Source: Xylanibacter ruminicola 23 (GTDB lineage Bacteria > Bacteroidota > Bacteroidia > Bacteroidales > Bacteroidaceae). Taken from it: DNA of 32,000 nt. Positions 1 through 9,710 of this stretch are shown here, piece after piece. Both the position numbers and the translations under genes were made by a program. Where the stretch lies: NCBI RefSeq assembly GCF_000025925.1, contig NC_014033.1:330001-362000 (forward strand), written 5' to 3'. The notes beneath the pieces are model-generated. The model was not told the origin of the DNA, did no database searches, and worked only from the letters and a program-made list of their open reading frames with translations. Numbering within the stretch: the stretch's first letter is position 1; the number at the start of each line of letters is the position of its first letter.

Positions 1-110
1 CCAATGGTGGCCAGGTGAAAACCAAGTATGTCATTGAGTTGAATGGTGTGACGGCTACCTATAACATCACGTATGACGTGACTGCAGCCGCTGCTGCTCG
101 TAAAAGATAA
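1..110 (+). CDS. 3' end of an ORF entering from upstream (partial, unknown product)
   Basis: Frame open from the window edge (codons from base 3): NGGQVKTKYVIELNGVTATYNITYDVTAAAAARKR, TAA at 108-110. Only 35 codons are visible. Same strand as the next gene and 6 nt upstream of it. Confidence 0.35.
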   Translation, partial: NGGQVKTKYVIELNGVTATYNITYDVTAAAAARKR

Positions 111-116
111 TAAGTG

Positions 117-2351
117 ATGAAAAGAATTTTCAGATATTTCTTCCTGCTGCTTGCAACGGCGACTATCGCCGCTTGCAGCAGCAGCGATGATACCGAACCG
201 GTATCAGTGGCTCCAACACTCTCTGAGACAGAAGTCAATGTGGAGTATGATGTCACCTGGTACAGTCTGACCGTTACCTCGCGTGCCGTATGGAGTGCGA
301 AGGTAGAGAATGGCGGCGACTGGCTGACACTGAAGGATGCAAAGGGAGTGGGCGGTTCTGAGAAGTTGAGTTTCGAGATGAAGCGCAACACCACCAAGCA
401 GCCCCGTGTGGCTAACATCACGGTGACCAGCGGCACAGCCAGCACAAACCTGAAAGTGACGCAGGGTCCGACGACCATCGAGATTATGGATCAGAGTCAG
501 GTAAAGGACTTCGACAAGTACTATAAGCCAAAAGAGTTCAACTTCGACATGTTGCGCAACGATGCTAAGTGGTCGTGGTTCCGCTCTAAGCAGAGTGAGC
601 ACTTCTTTGTGTTCTGGGATGCCTATTTCGGTGACGATCCTAACAGCAGCAGTCTGGCTGAGGGCGACCGTGTCGATGTAGATGACCTGCTACAGAAGGC
701 AGAGCAGTTCTACAAGACCAACATCGACCGTCTCGGTATGGTGGTCACTGGTCAGGGCAAGTCTTATCTCGACCAGTATAAGATGGAGATCTATCTGCTC
801 GACCCGACACCTGAGTGGTGGGTGGCAACGGGTTCTGGTTACGATGATGTGATTGGCGCCCTCTGGGTGACACCATCTACCTGCAAACCCGTCGGCAGTG
901 TCATTGGACATGAGATAGGTCACTCCTTCCAGTATCAGACCTATTGCGACAACGTGAAGAACGGTGCTGCCAACGACTTCAAGTCGGGCTTCCGCTACGG
1001 CTACGAGGGTTCCAACGGCGGCTGTGGCTTCTGGGAGCAGTGCGCCCAGTGGCAGTCGTATCAGGACTATCCGCAGCAGGCTCTCAACGACGACTGGAAC
1101 GCTGTGTGGTATCAGCAGTGCCATCGCCATTTCGAGCATGAGTGGCAGCGCTATGCTTCTTACTATCTGCAGTACTATTGGACAGAACTCCACGGCGATA
1201 AGACCTTGGGCCGCATCTGGAACGAGTCGAAATATCCTGAGGATGCTTCAGGCGCTTATATGCGCATCTTCGGTGTCAACTATGAGAACTACAAGAAGCA
1301 ACTCTTCGCTTATGCCCAGCGCTGTGTCACTTTCGACTTCGACGGCACACGCAGCTATTTCACGAACCAGAACACGCTCTATAAGACCACGCTCTACAAC
1401 CAGGATGGTTACTATCAGATTGGCTATGAGCAATGTCCGCAGCCTACTGGTTTCAATGTGATCAACCTCGAAGTGCCTGCCGCCGGCACCAAGGTAACGG
1501 TGAGCATGGAGGCGCTGAAGGCTGGCAGCAAGCTGCCCGATGCCGATCCTGGTAATCAGGTTAATGGCGACTTCCAGGTAGTAGGCAATACCTCTACTTA
1601 TAATAAGGTGGGTAGCGATCAGGCCATCGCCTACGGCTTCGTGGCTCTGAAAGAGGATGGTAGTCGCGACTATAGCGAGATGAGCCTCACCGATGCCAAA
1701 GGTACGGCCGTCTATACGGTGCCTGCCAAGACCAAGATGCTCTATCTCGTCGTGCAGGGCGCTCCAAAGAGCTATCGTCAGTGCCCTTGGGATGACAAGG
1801 AGGAGACCGATATGCAGTGCCCCTATCGCTTCAAGATCGATGGTACCGACCTCTACGGCAACTTCTCTATCGACGAGACCAAGGATCCTGCAGATGTCGC
1901 TTTCACCTTCGACGTGAAGTGCAATGCTGCTTCCGAAGACTATATCCAGGGGAGCATCCAGTTGCAGGGCAGCGACCTGAAGAAAATGGCTCAGGCCTTC
2001 GTGATGCAGCCTTCTGTTCTCAGTGGAGCCACACTGCCTATCGCCGCAGGGCAGACAGCAGAGCCCGCAGAGGGCAAGGTAGCCCTCGGACTTATTCAGT
2101 CCGATGGTAAGATTACCTATCAATATACGGCCAATGTCGGCTTCTGGTGTAATGCCAAGGGCGATCTCGACAACTGGGGTGATACGGCTCCCGTCTATGT
2201 GGAGTACGATAAAGACAGCTTTACGCTCACTTACGGTCACCGTTTCGGCGTAAGCAAAGTTGGTGAGAAATATACTTTGAAACCTGTGTTGGTCTATACC
2301 AAGGGTGGCAAGCAGTATAAAGCTACGTTCACACTGAATATGCAATTCTAA
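117..2351 (+). CDS. Surface lipoprotein: BACON-like Ig domain + HEXXH putative zinc metallopeptidase domain + C-terminal beta-rich domain (DUF6055/DUF4859-like from memory)
   Basis: ATG at 117 (the track's GTG at 114 is one codon upstream). Signal peptide with lipobox ...ATIAAC-SSSDD. BACON-like segment LSETEVNVEYD..WSAKVENGGDWLTL..ANITVTSG..LKVTQ. HEIGH encoded at 909-923. Clear paralogy to the 3733-4983 product (GALWV.P, HE.GHSFQ.Q, W..LHG, FDF, GFN.I.L, LYL.V.GAP, PY.F.I). Confidence 0.85.
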   Translation: MKRIFRYFFLLLATATIAACSSSDDTEPVSVAPTLSETEVNVEYDVTWYSLTVTSRAVWSAKVENGGDWLTLKDAKGVGGSEKLSFEMKRNTTKQPRVANITVTSGTASTNLKVTQGPTTIEIMDQSQVKDFDKYYKPKEFNFDMLRNDAKWSWFRSKQSEHFFVFWDAYFGDDPNSSSLAEGDRVDVDDLLQKAEQFYKTNIDRLGMVVTGQGKSYLDQYKMEIYLLDPTPEWWVATGSGYDDVIGALWVTPSTCKPVGSVIGHEIGHSFQYQTYCDNVKNGAANDFKSGFRYGYEGSNGGCGFWEQCAQWQSYQDYPQQALNDDWNAVWYQQCHRHFEHEWQRYASYYLQYYWTELHGDKTLGRIWNESKYPEDASGAYMRIFGVNYENYKKQLFAYAQRCVTFDFDGTRSYFTNQNTLYKTTLYNQDGYYQIGYEQCPQPTGFNVINLEVPAAGTKVTVSMEALKAGSKLPDADPGNQVNGDFQVVGNTSTYNKVGSDQAIAYGFVALKEDGSRDYSEMSLTDAKGTAVYTVPAKTKMLYLVVQGAPKSYRQCPWDDKEETDMQCPYRFKIDGTDLYGNFSIDETKDPADVAFTFDVKCNAASEDYIQGSIQLQGSDLKKMAQAFVMQPSVLSGATLPIAAGQTAEPAEGKVALGLIQSDGKITYQYTANVGFWCNAKGDLDNWGDTAPVYVEYDKDSFTLTYGHRFGVSKVGEKYTLKPVLVYTKGGKQYKATFTLNMQF

Positions 2352-2369
2352 TTTTTTCGATAAGCTAAG

Positions 2370-3731
2370 ATGAAGAAGTTTTTTCTTTCGGGTCTGACAG
2401 TGCTGTTTATGGTTGCCTGTTCGTCGGAAGGCGATGTGCCGGAGCCAAGCCCCGTTGTACCTACGCCGTCGACAGTTGATACAACTAAGGTAGATACTTC
2501 AAAAACCGATCAGAATCCTGTTGCGGTGAAGTTTGCTGCCAAGTATCGAGTGGCAAAGATGCAGATTACAACGGATGGACAGCAGGCTGTCGACTCGAAA
2601 GAGAAAGCTGATTATCGCAATTGTACGATTAAAATAGAGAGTGATACGGCAGCATGGAACTACGAGGGCCGTGGACGTATTCGCGGCAGAGGTAACTCAA
2701 CATGGATCTGGTATCCCAAGAAACCATACCGTATTAAACTCGACGAAAAGGCATCAGTACTTGGTCTTGATGCTAATAAAGACTGGGTGCTGCTGGCCAA
2801 CTATCGCGACCCAACCCATCTGATGAACACCTTTGTGTTCGAGATGGGGTATGGGTTGAATATGCCTTTTACCAATCATACACGCTATGTAGAGGTTACG
2901 CTTAATGGCGATTATATCGGTCTGTATCAGTTGACGGAGCAGATAGAAGTAGGAAAGAGTCGTGTGGATATTGGTAAGAAGAAAGGATGGCTACTATCAC
3001 TTGATGTCGACGACGGCCCTGCTGAGGCTCGTACCGCAGGCGACAATTTCTGGTCGCAGGTATACCGTATGCCAGTATGTGTAAAGAGTCCTGAAGCTGA
3101 GGATTATGCTACCCCCGAAACCCTATTAGATGATGCAAAAAAGGCACTTGGCGACCTTGAAAACGTAATACATAGTCACGACTACGAAGCACTTAAGAAG
3201 GTGCTGAATGTTCAGTCGATGATTGACTATCTGCTGATTCAGGAGTACGTTTACAATGTCGAAGTGTCTGCACCGCGTAGCATCTACATCCACAAAGATA
3301 AAGGTGATGCACTCTGGACTTTCGGACCGCTATGGGACTTTGATGCCGGTTTTGATTTCGACTGGGGACATATGTACGATGGACACGGCTATTTCGCTGA
3401 TTATCGCGAGACGGTTCTTGGTACCGATCCTGCCCGTCATGTCAGCAATTACGATTATGTGCCGAGTTTCTTTACTGACATGTGGAAGAACAAGGCATTC
3501 GTCAGCGATGTAAAGGCGCGTTGGAAGGAAATAAAACCGCGTATTATCGCTGAGTTCTGGGCAGAGACCAAGCGCTATGCCGACGCTGCTGCCGAGGCGA
3601 TGGAGCGCGATGCTAAGCGCTGGCCCATCGACAAGAAATACACTACAGAAATCAATCGAATGGAGAAATGGCTCAACTCAAGAGCTGTTTATATGGACAA
3701 TATTGTAAGCAACTATCCAAGTGGAAACTGA
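2370..3731 (+). CDS. CotH-family (atypical kinase fold) lipoprotein
   Basis: Lipobox LFMVAC-SSEGD. CotH-type signature run GRGRIRGRGNSTWIWYPKKPYRIKLD..DWVLLANYRDP..L..YQL.EQIEV, then WDFD..FD and a C-terminal helical region. Sits 18 nt after the preceding stop. Confidence 0.82.
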   Translation: MKKFFLSGLTVLFMVACSSEGDVPEPSPVVPTPSTVDTTKVDTSKTDQNPVAVKFAAKYRVAKMQITTDGQQAVDSKEKADYRNCTIKIESDTAAWNYEGRGRIRGRGNSTWIWYPKKPYRIKLDEKASVLGLDANKDWVLLANYRDPTHLMNTFVFEMGYGLNMPFTNHTRYVEVTLNGDYIGLYQLTEQIEVGKSRVDIGKKKGWLLSLDVDDGPAEARTAGDNFWSQVYRMPVCVKSPEAEDYATPETLLDDAKKALGDLENVIHSHDYEALKKVLNVQSMIDYLLIQEYVYNVEVSAPRSIYIHKDKGDALWTFGPLWDFDAGFDFDWGHMYDGHGYFADYRETVLGTDPARHVSNYDYVPSFFTDMWKNKAFVSDVKARWKEIKPRIIAEFWAETKRYADAAAEAMERDAKRWPIDKKYTTEINRMEKWLNSRAVYMDNIVSNYPSGN

Positions 3732-3732
3732 T

Positions 3733-4983
3733 ATGAAACGAATAATACTATTGGCATCGTGCGTATTTGCAAGCTATACAGCATTGCACGCCCAGAAGAA
3801 GATATACATCCCTGAGGACCTGCGAAAGATGGATTTGCAGGCTGATACCTCGCAGTGGTCGTTTAAGCGTAGTATCGAGACCGACGATCTGATACTGATG
3901 TGGGAGCGAGGTTTTGGCAGCGATACAAGCAATCCGCCGATGCTTGAGGGCAAACCTATGAGTTTCAACCTCACTAATCTGCGCGACCGTGTGCAGGAGT
4001 TTTATCACTTCTTCCGCGATACGCTGGCTTTCTCGTTGCCTGGGTCTAAGGCCGATAAGTATAAGATGATGGTGATGGTAAATTACTCGCTCGACGGTAC
4101 GGCCTATGGTGGCACCTACGACAATTTTATTGGCGCCCTATGGGTGGCCCCCAACCGTATACAGGATGCCAAGATGAACTGCATGGCGCACGAACTGGGA
4201 CACTCGTTCCAGTTGCAGATACCCGCCGATAGTGTAGGTGACGCATGGGGAGGATCTGGCTTTTTCGAGATGACATCGCAGTGGATGCTGTGGCAGGTTA
4301 ATCCTGGTTGGTTAACCGATGAGAACTACCACTTCGAGGCATTCAAGCAGCTCACCCACAAGGCCTATCTGCATCTCGATAATATCTATCACTCGCCCTT
4401 TGTTATCCAGTGGTGGAGCGATTTGCACGGGCGCAAGTCGATAGCCGAACTGTATCGCCAGGGTAGGATAGGCGAGGATCCTGTGATGACCTATAAGCGC
4501 ATGTACAATATGAGTCAAAAGCAGTTCTGCGACGAGATGTTCCGCGGCTATCAGCATCTGGTAAACTTCGATTTCAACCATGCCCGTAAAGAAACCCGCC
4601 AATATGCCTGCACATTCGATACCGAGACAGAAGGCGGAAAGTGGCTGCGCCCCAAGAACTATCCTGAGGAATACGGATTCAACGCCATCAAACTAGATGA
4701 TAAGGTAAACCTTAATGCCAGAAAGTTCAGACTGAATATACAGGGCGATAACCTGCGTTATGGTTTTGTAGGCATAACTACCGATGACCAGTCGGTTTAT
4801 AGCGATGTGAATGCCACAGAGTTCGTCGTACCAAAATCAAAACGCCTTTCTCACCTCTATCTCATTGTGATGGGAGCTCCTTTGCAGCACTATCACATAC
4901 CGATGCCTACAGACGAAAATTATAAAAATCCACAAAAACTTTTGGAGTTTCCATATAGTTTTCGTATTTTTGCCACCCGATGA
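3733..4983 (+). CDS. Secreted HEXXH putative zinc metallopeptidase, shorter paralog of 117-2351 (lacks the BACON and C-terminal domains)
   Basis: ATG at 3733 lies 1 nt after the CotH stop (3729-3731); the track's GTG at 3721 overlaps CotH. Signal peptide MKRIILLASCVFASYTALHA-QKK. HELGH encoded at 4189-4203. Collinear similarity to ORF 117-2351. Confidence 0.85.
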   Translation: MKRIILLASCVFASYTALHAQKKIYIPEDLRKMDLQADTSQWSFKRSIETDDLILMWERGFGSDTSNPPMLEGKPMSFNLTNLRDRVQEFYHFFRDTLAFSLPGSKADKYKMMVMVNYSLDGTAYGGTYDNFIGALWVAPNRIQDAKMNCMAHELGHSFQLQIPADSVGDAWGGSGFFEMTSQWMLWQVNPGWLTDENYHFEAFKQLTHKAYLHLDNIYHSPFVIQWWSDLHGRKSIAELYRQGRIGEDPVMTYKRMYNMSQKQFCDEMFRGYQHLVNFDFNHARKETRQYACTFDTETEGGKWLRPKNYPEEYGFNAIKLDDKVNLNARKFRLNIQGDNLRYGFVGITTDDQSVYSDVNATEFVVPKSKRLSHLYLIVMGAPLQHYHIPMPTDENYKNPQKLLEFPYSFRIFATR

Positions 4984-7900
4984 GAAAGTTATTGCTACTG
5001 ATAGTTTGTTTGCTTGGTATTCTGACTTCAGAAGCCAAGAGCGATTTTAGTTTTCGCAACCTGACGATGAATGATGGTTTGACGGCTAACGCAGTGCGCA
5101 ATATTGTACAAGATAGGAATGGCTACATCTGGTTTGGTACCGATAATGGCTTATGCCGTTACGATGGCCGACGGGTGTTGCCATTTCGTATCAATGAACT
5201 GGGGCTCAACCAGTATATATCAGCACTCCAAGTGGCTGATGAAGGACTTTTTGTAGGCACTTCCATCGGTGTGTTCTATATCGACTACCAATGTCATACT
5301 TTCGAGAAACTGCCGATGGGCATCCGCACTACCGTCACCTCGTTTGCGATGGATAAAGAGGGGGCACTCTGGATATCAACGATGGGGCAGGGGGTATGGC
5401 AATATAATATCAAGAGCCGACAGCATAAGCAATATCCTATTCATACCGCCGGAAACGTGGTGGCCCAAGTGTTGGTGGATAATAATAACCAGATATGGAC
5501 TGTAACTAATTGGGGAGCGCCTTACGTACAGCGTCTGAACCGATTGCATAATCAGTTCGAACCCGTTAGTCTGAATTTCCCCGCTGCCTATAGTGCGCTC
5601 AGTATGCTGCAAACCCGCGATGGCCGCTACTGGCTGGGAACTTGGGAGCAAGGGTTGCTGTTGATGCATGGCGATGGCCAGTTGGAACAGGTTCTGGATC
5701 TGCAGCGTACCAAAGTAGGCTGGCACATACATACCCTGTTCGAACTGAATGATGGACGCATCTGTATCGGTTGCGATGACGGTTTGATTATCCTGAATCC
5801 CAAGACAGGCGATTGGCGCAAGTTTGATGATCGTTTTGTCTATGCTATCACCAGCGATACCGAGGGCGGTATGTGGATCGGCACCTTCTATAATGGTGTT
5901 CGCTACATATCACCTGTAGGTAAGCGTTTCGAGGGCTTCTCGATGGCTGATGGTTTGCCTGGTAATGTTATCTCACGTTTTTGCGAAGACAGGCAGGGAC
6001 GTATATGGATTGCCAGCGATGATGGTGGACTGATGTGCTATCTGCCCAAGGAGCAGCGATTCAGCGATTATCCCCATCAGGACATCCTGAGAAAACATAA
6101 TGTCCACGCCCTCTGCCTGAGTGGCAACGAGCTGTGGGTGGGCACCTATACGAATGGTGTGCAGGTGATGAATCTGGAAACGGGACAGTTGCACCAGTAC
6201 ACCCAGACCAGCAGTCCCAACTCGCTTGATAATTCGAGCTGTTATGCCCTCTACAGCGATGAGCGTGGGTGGATTTGGGTAGGTACGATGGAGGGATTGA
6301 ATCTGTATAACCGTACTAAAAACCAGTTTGAGCGTATTGCTAATCTGAACGCGATGGTCATCGATATCGACAAAGACCGGGCGGGCAACCTCTGGATATC
6401 AACCCAAGGTAATGGCTTGTGGAAATACCATATAGCCACTAAGAAACTGAAACAATACAAACACGAAGATGCTGATAAGCAGTCGCTGCCCGACAATCAG
6501 GTGAACTGCTGCTTAGTTGATGAGGCGGGCAAACTTTGGGTGGGAACCCTTGATGGCCTGTGCAGCTATAATCCCAGAACTGATGACTTTACCTATGTGG
6601 AGCTCGACGTACCCAACCACGATGTGATGGGTATCATCGAGGATCAGGGGGCGTTGTGGCTTTCTACCGAGCGGGGCATCGTGAGATTTGAACCTGGTAG
6701 CGGCGAGGTGGATTCGGAGAAGCATCCGTTGACACAGCCACAGACTCAACGGTTCACCCGTCATGACGGACTCGTCAGCGAGCAGTTTCAGCCTAATGCC
6801 TGTCTAAAGACCAAAGATGGGTGTATTTATTTTGGTAGTACAACAGGCTTTAATAGTTTCTATCCCTATCAGATCAAGACCAATAGTGTGATGCCACCTG
6901 TTTATGTCACCTCGTTGGAGATTCTGAATTGTGAGGAGCGTAATGCCGATGGATTGCCCATCGACCTGACGCTGACCAAGCAGATAACAATAGGCTATAG
7001 CGATTCAAAGATGGTCACCCTGTCGTTTGCATCACTCAGCTATTGTTCGCCCGAGAAGATTCAGTATGCCTATATGCTCGAAGGCTTCGACCGTGATTGG
7101 AACTACGTGGGCAACCAGAACCGCGCCACCTATACCAACCTGCCCGCAGGCACTTACACCTTCCGTGTAAAGGCCACCAACAATGACGGCATCTGGAGCG
7201 ACAACGAGGCCGAACTTAAAATCATCGTGCATCCTCCGTTCTGGTGGAGTTGGTATGCCAAACTGCTATATCTGGTGCTGATGGTTATGGCGGTTTACTA
7301 TTATGTACAGCTGCGATTGAAACGTGCCGGACGACAGCACCAGCGCGAACTGCAGTTGCTGAACGAACAGAAAGAGAAAGAGGTACGCGAGGCCCGACTG
7401 AACTTTTTTACGATGATAGCCCACGAGATACGTACGCCCGTTTCGCTGATTATCGGACCGTTGGAGAAGATGCTGAAACACGGCACACCATCCGACGACT
7501 TGAAGGTGATCGACCGCAATGCCCATCGCCTGCTGGAGCTGGTCAACCAGTTGCTCGACTTCCGTAAGGTCGAACAGCAAAGTCTGGTGATGCATTTTGC
7601 TACACATAATATCTACCAGTTGATGGTGTCGGTGAGCGAGCGCTTTGCTCCCACCTTCGAGCAGAATGGTAAACACTTCACCGTGGAGTACCCCAGCGAG
7701 CACTTCACTGCTATTGTTGATAAGGAGGCCATCATCAAGACCATCAGTAATCTGCTGACTAATGCCAACAAATATACGAAGGACCAGGTACGCCTATCAT
7801 GTAGCGAAGACCCCGATGGCGAGCACTTACGTATCAGTGTGAGCGATAATGGTGTGGGCATCCGGCAGGTCGATCAGGAGCGCATCTTCCAGCCTTTCTT

Positions 7901-8924
7901 TCAGGCCGAGGGCAACCAGCCCGGCACAGGTATCGGACTGAATATCGTTAAGAATATCGTTACCCAGCACCACGGCACCATCAGTGTTGATTCAGAGATA
8001 GGCAAGGGTAGTACCTTTACCATCATTCTGCCCGTAATCCAGACCGTTACCGAGCCCATCGAGCCTGCAAATCCGTCGGAGCCAAAGGCGATCGACGATC
8101 ACACCGCTCCTGCTCAATCGTCCAACACAACTATCAACTATCAACAGTCAACTGTCAACAATCAACAGTCTATGTTAATCGTCGACGATTCCGAAGACAT
8201 GCGCCAGTTCCTCGAGAATAATTTCAAGGATAAGTACCATATTATTACTGCTGGCGACGGTATCGAGGCGCTCCACTTGTTACAGCAACACCAGGTAAGT
8301 ATTATCATCAGCGACTGGATGATGCCCCGTATGGATGGTGCCGAATTCTGCCGTCGTGTGCGTCAGAATCCGCTCACTAGTCATATCCCGTTTGTGATGC
8401 TTACTGCCAAGACCGACGACAACTCGAAGGTGAAGGGTATGGATGTTGGTGCCGACGCCTACATCGAAAAACCCTTCTCTGTGCAGTATCTCGAAGCCTG
8501 TATCCGCAATATCCTTCAGATACGTCGCCAGTTGATGGAGAAATTCTCTACACAGCCGCTTGAGCCTGTAACAGAGATTGCTCAGAACTCCACCGATAAC
8601 GAGTTCCTTAAGAAGATGAATCAGATTATCGAGGAGAACTTCTCCAACTCCGAACTAAATGTTGATTTCCTGGCCGAGCGCCTTAATATCAGTCGTAGCG
8701 GATTGTTTGCTAAGATTAGGACCCTGGCCGATGTAACGCCCAACGAGATGATACAGATTGTGCGTCTGAAACGTGCCGCCCAGCTATTGCACGAGGGTGG
8801 CCACATGGTTAGCGAAGTGGGGTATATGGTAGGATTCACAAATCCCTCATATTTCTCCAAATGCTTCCAAAAGCAATTCGGCATCCGTCCTGCCGAATAC
8901 ATGAAATCAAACGGTAAAAACTGA
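4980..8924 (+). CDS. Hybrid two-component system sensor kinase/response regulator with AraC-type HTH (HTCS)
   Basis: Signal peptide and repeated propeller-type motifs (G.W.GT..GL..Y). TM segment WYAKLLYLVLMVMAVYYYV. H-box FFTMIAHEIRTPVSLI. N/G boxes (NANKYT, DNGVGI, GTGIGL). REC (LIVDDSED..SDWMMPRMDG..EKPF). C-terminal HTH_AraC (PSYFSKCFQKQFGIRPAEY). The ATG overlaps the previous stop (ATGA at 4980-4983). Confidence 0.95.
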   Translation: MRKLLLLIVCLLGILTSEAKSDFSFRNLTMNDGLTANAVRNIVQDRNGYIWFGTDNGLCRYDGRRVLPFRINELGLNQYISALQVADEGLFVGTSIGVFYIDYQCHTFEKLPMGIRTTVTSFAMDKEGALWISTMGQGVWQYNIKSRQHKQYPIHTAGNVVAQVLVDNNNQIWTVTNWGAPYVQRLNRLHNQFEPVSLNFPAAYSALSMLQTRDGRYWLGTWEQGLLLMHGDGQLEQVLDLQRTKVGWHIHTLFELNDGRICIGCDDGLIILNPKTGDWRKFDDRFVYAITSDTEGGMWIGTFYNGVRYISPVGKRFEGFSMADGLPGNVISRFCEDRQGRIWIASDDGGLMCYLPKEQRFSDYPHQDILRKHNVHALCLSGNELWVGTYTNGVQVMNLETGQLHQYTQTSSPNSLDNSSCYALYSDERGWIWVGTMEGLNLYNRTKNQFERIANLNAMVIDIDKDRAGNLWISTQGNGLWKYHIATKKLKQYKHEDADKQSLPDNQVNCCLVDEAGKLWVGTLDGLCSYNPRTDDFTYVELDVPNHDVMGIIEDQGALWLSTERGIVRFEPGSGEVDSEKHPLTQPQTQRFTRHDGLVSEQFQPNACLKTKDGCIYFGSTTGFNSFYPYQIKTNSVMPPVYVTSLEILNCEERNADGLPIDLTLTKQITIGYSDSKMVTLSFASLSYCSPEKIQYAYMLEGFDRDWNYVGNQNRATYTNLPAGTYTFRVKATNNDGIWSDNEAELKIIVHPPFWWSWYAKLLYLVLMVMAVYYYVQLRLKRAGRQHQRELQLLNEQKEKEVREARLNFFTMIAHEIRTPVSLIIGPLEKMLKHGTPSDDLKVIDRNAHRLLELVNQLLDFRKVEQQSLVMHFATHNIYQLMVSVSERFAPTFEQNGKHFTVEYPSEHFTAIVDKEAIIKTISNLLTNANKYTKDQVRLSCSEDPDGEHLRISVSDNGVGIRQVDQERIFQPFFQAEGNQPGTGIGLNIVKNIVTQHHGTISVDSEIGKGSTFTIILPVIQTVTEPIEPANPSEPKAIDDHTAPAQSSNTTINYQQSTVNNQQSMLIVDDSEDMRQFLENNFKDKYHIITAGDGIEALHLLQQHQVSIIISDWMMPRMDGAEFCRRVRQNPLTSHIPFVMLTAKTDDNSKVKGMDVGADAYIEKPFSVQYLEACIRNILQIRRQLMEKFSTQPLEPVTEIAQNSTDNEFLKKMNQIIEENFSNSELNVDFLAERLNISRSGLFAKIRTLADVTPNEMIQIVRLKRAAQLLHEGGHMVSEVGYMVGFTNPSYFSKCFQKQFGIRPAEYMKSNGKN

Positions 8925-9707
8925 TTATCCCATCACCACGTCGAGCACCATCATCAGCACAAAACCAATGGCAAAACCGATGGTGCTGAGGTTGGAGTGC
9001 TGACCGCTTGAGGCTTCGGGGATAAGCTCCTCTACTACCACATAGAACATGGCGCCTGCGGCAAAGGCCAGCATATAGGGCATCATGGGCATGAGTAGCG
9101 ATGCCAGCAACAATACGGCAATGGCACCGATGGGCTCAACGGCTCCACTCAACGAGCCTATCAGGAATGAGCGCCGCTTACTGTTGCCTGCTGCACGCAT
9201 AGGCATAGAGATGATGGCACCTTCGGGCACATTCTGGATGGCGATACCCAATGATACGGCTACCGCACTGGCCAGCGAGATACTGGTGATGCCACTATCG
9301 GCTCCAGCAAACACCACGCCCACAGCCATTCCCTCAGGCAGGTTGTGGATGGTTACTGCCAGGGCCAGCATGGCCGTCTTCGACAGATGTGAGCGCATAC
9401 CCTCAGGCTTGTCGGTGCCTATGTGCAGGTGTGGCGTCAGTTCGTCGATAAGCAGCAGGAATCCCATACCCAACAGGAATCCTACAGCTGCAGGCATCAC
9501 ACTCCACTTGCCACTATCGGCTCCCATCTCCATCGCCGGAATCAGCAGCGACCATATCGATGCCGCTACCATCACACCCGAAGCAAATCCCAATAAGGAT
9601 TTCTGCAGTCTGTCCGACATTTCGCCCTTCATAAAGAACACAAAAGCCGAACCGAGCATGGTGCCCAGTAGCGGAATAAGCAATCCTATGATTAATGTTG
9701 TAGTCAT
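8925..9707 (-). CDS. ZIP-family divalent metal (zinc) transporter
   Basis: Polytopic membrane protein with the ZIP signature HNLPEGMAVG and a second QNVPEG. I prefer the start at ATG 9705-9707 (MTTTLIIG...) because the -7 box at 9716-9723 lies inside the longer track ORF. Confidence 0.88.
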   Translation of the reverse strand: MTTTLIIGLLIPLLGTMLGSAFVFFMKGEMSDRLQKSLLGFASGVMVAASIWSLLIPAMEMGADSGKWSVMPAAVGFLLGMGFLLLIDELTPHLHIGTDKPEGMRSHLSKTAMLALAVTIHNLPEGMAVGVVFAGADSGITSISLASAVAVSLGIAIQNVPEGAIISMPMRAAGNSKRRSFLIGSLSGAVEPIGAIAVLLLASLLMPMMPYMLAFAAGAMFYVVVEELIPEASSGQHSNLSTIGFAIGFVLMMVLDVVMG

Positions 9708-9710
9708 AAC

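Noticed and set aside
1248-2345. 365-aa minus-strand ORF, and the 59-1193 minus/plus alternates
   Set aside because: They are antisense or out of frame relative to the BACON/HEXXH lipoprotein gene, whose paralogy with 3733-4983 validates its frame.
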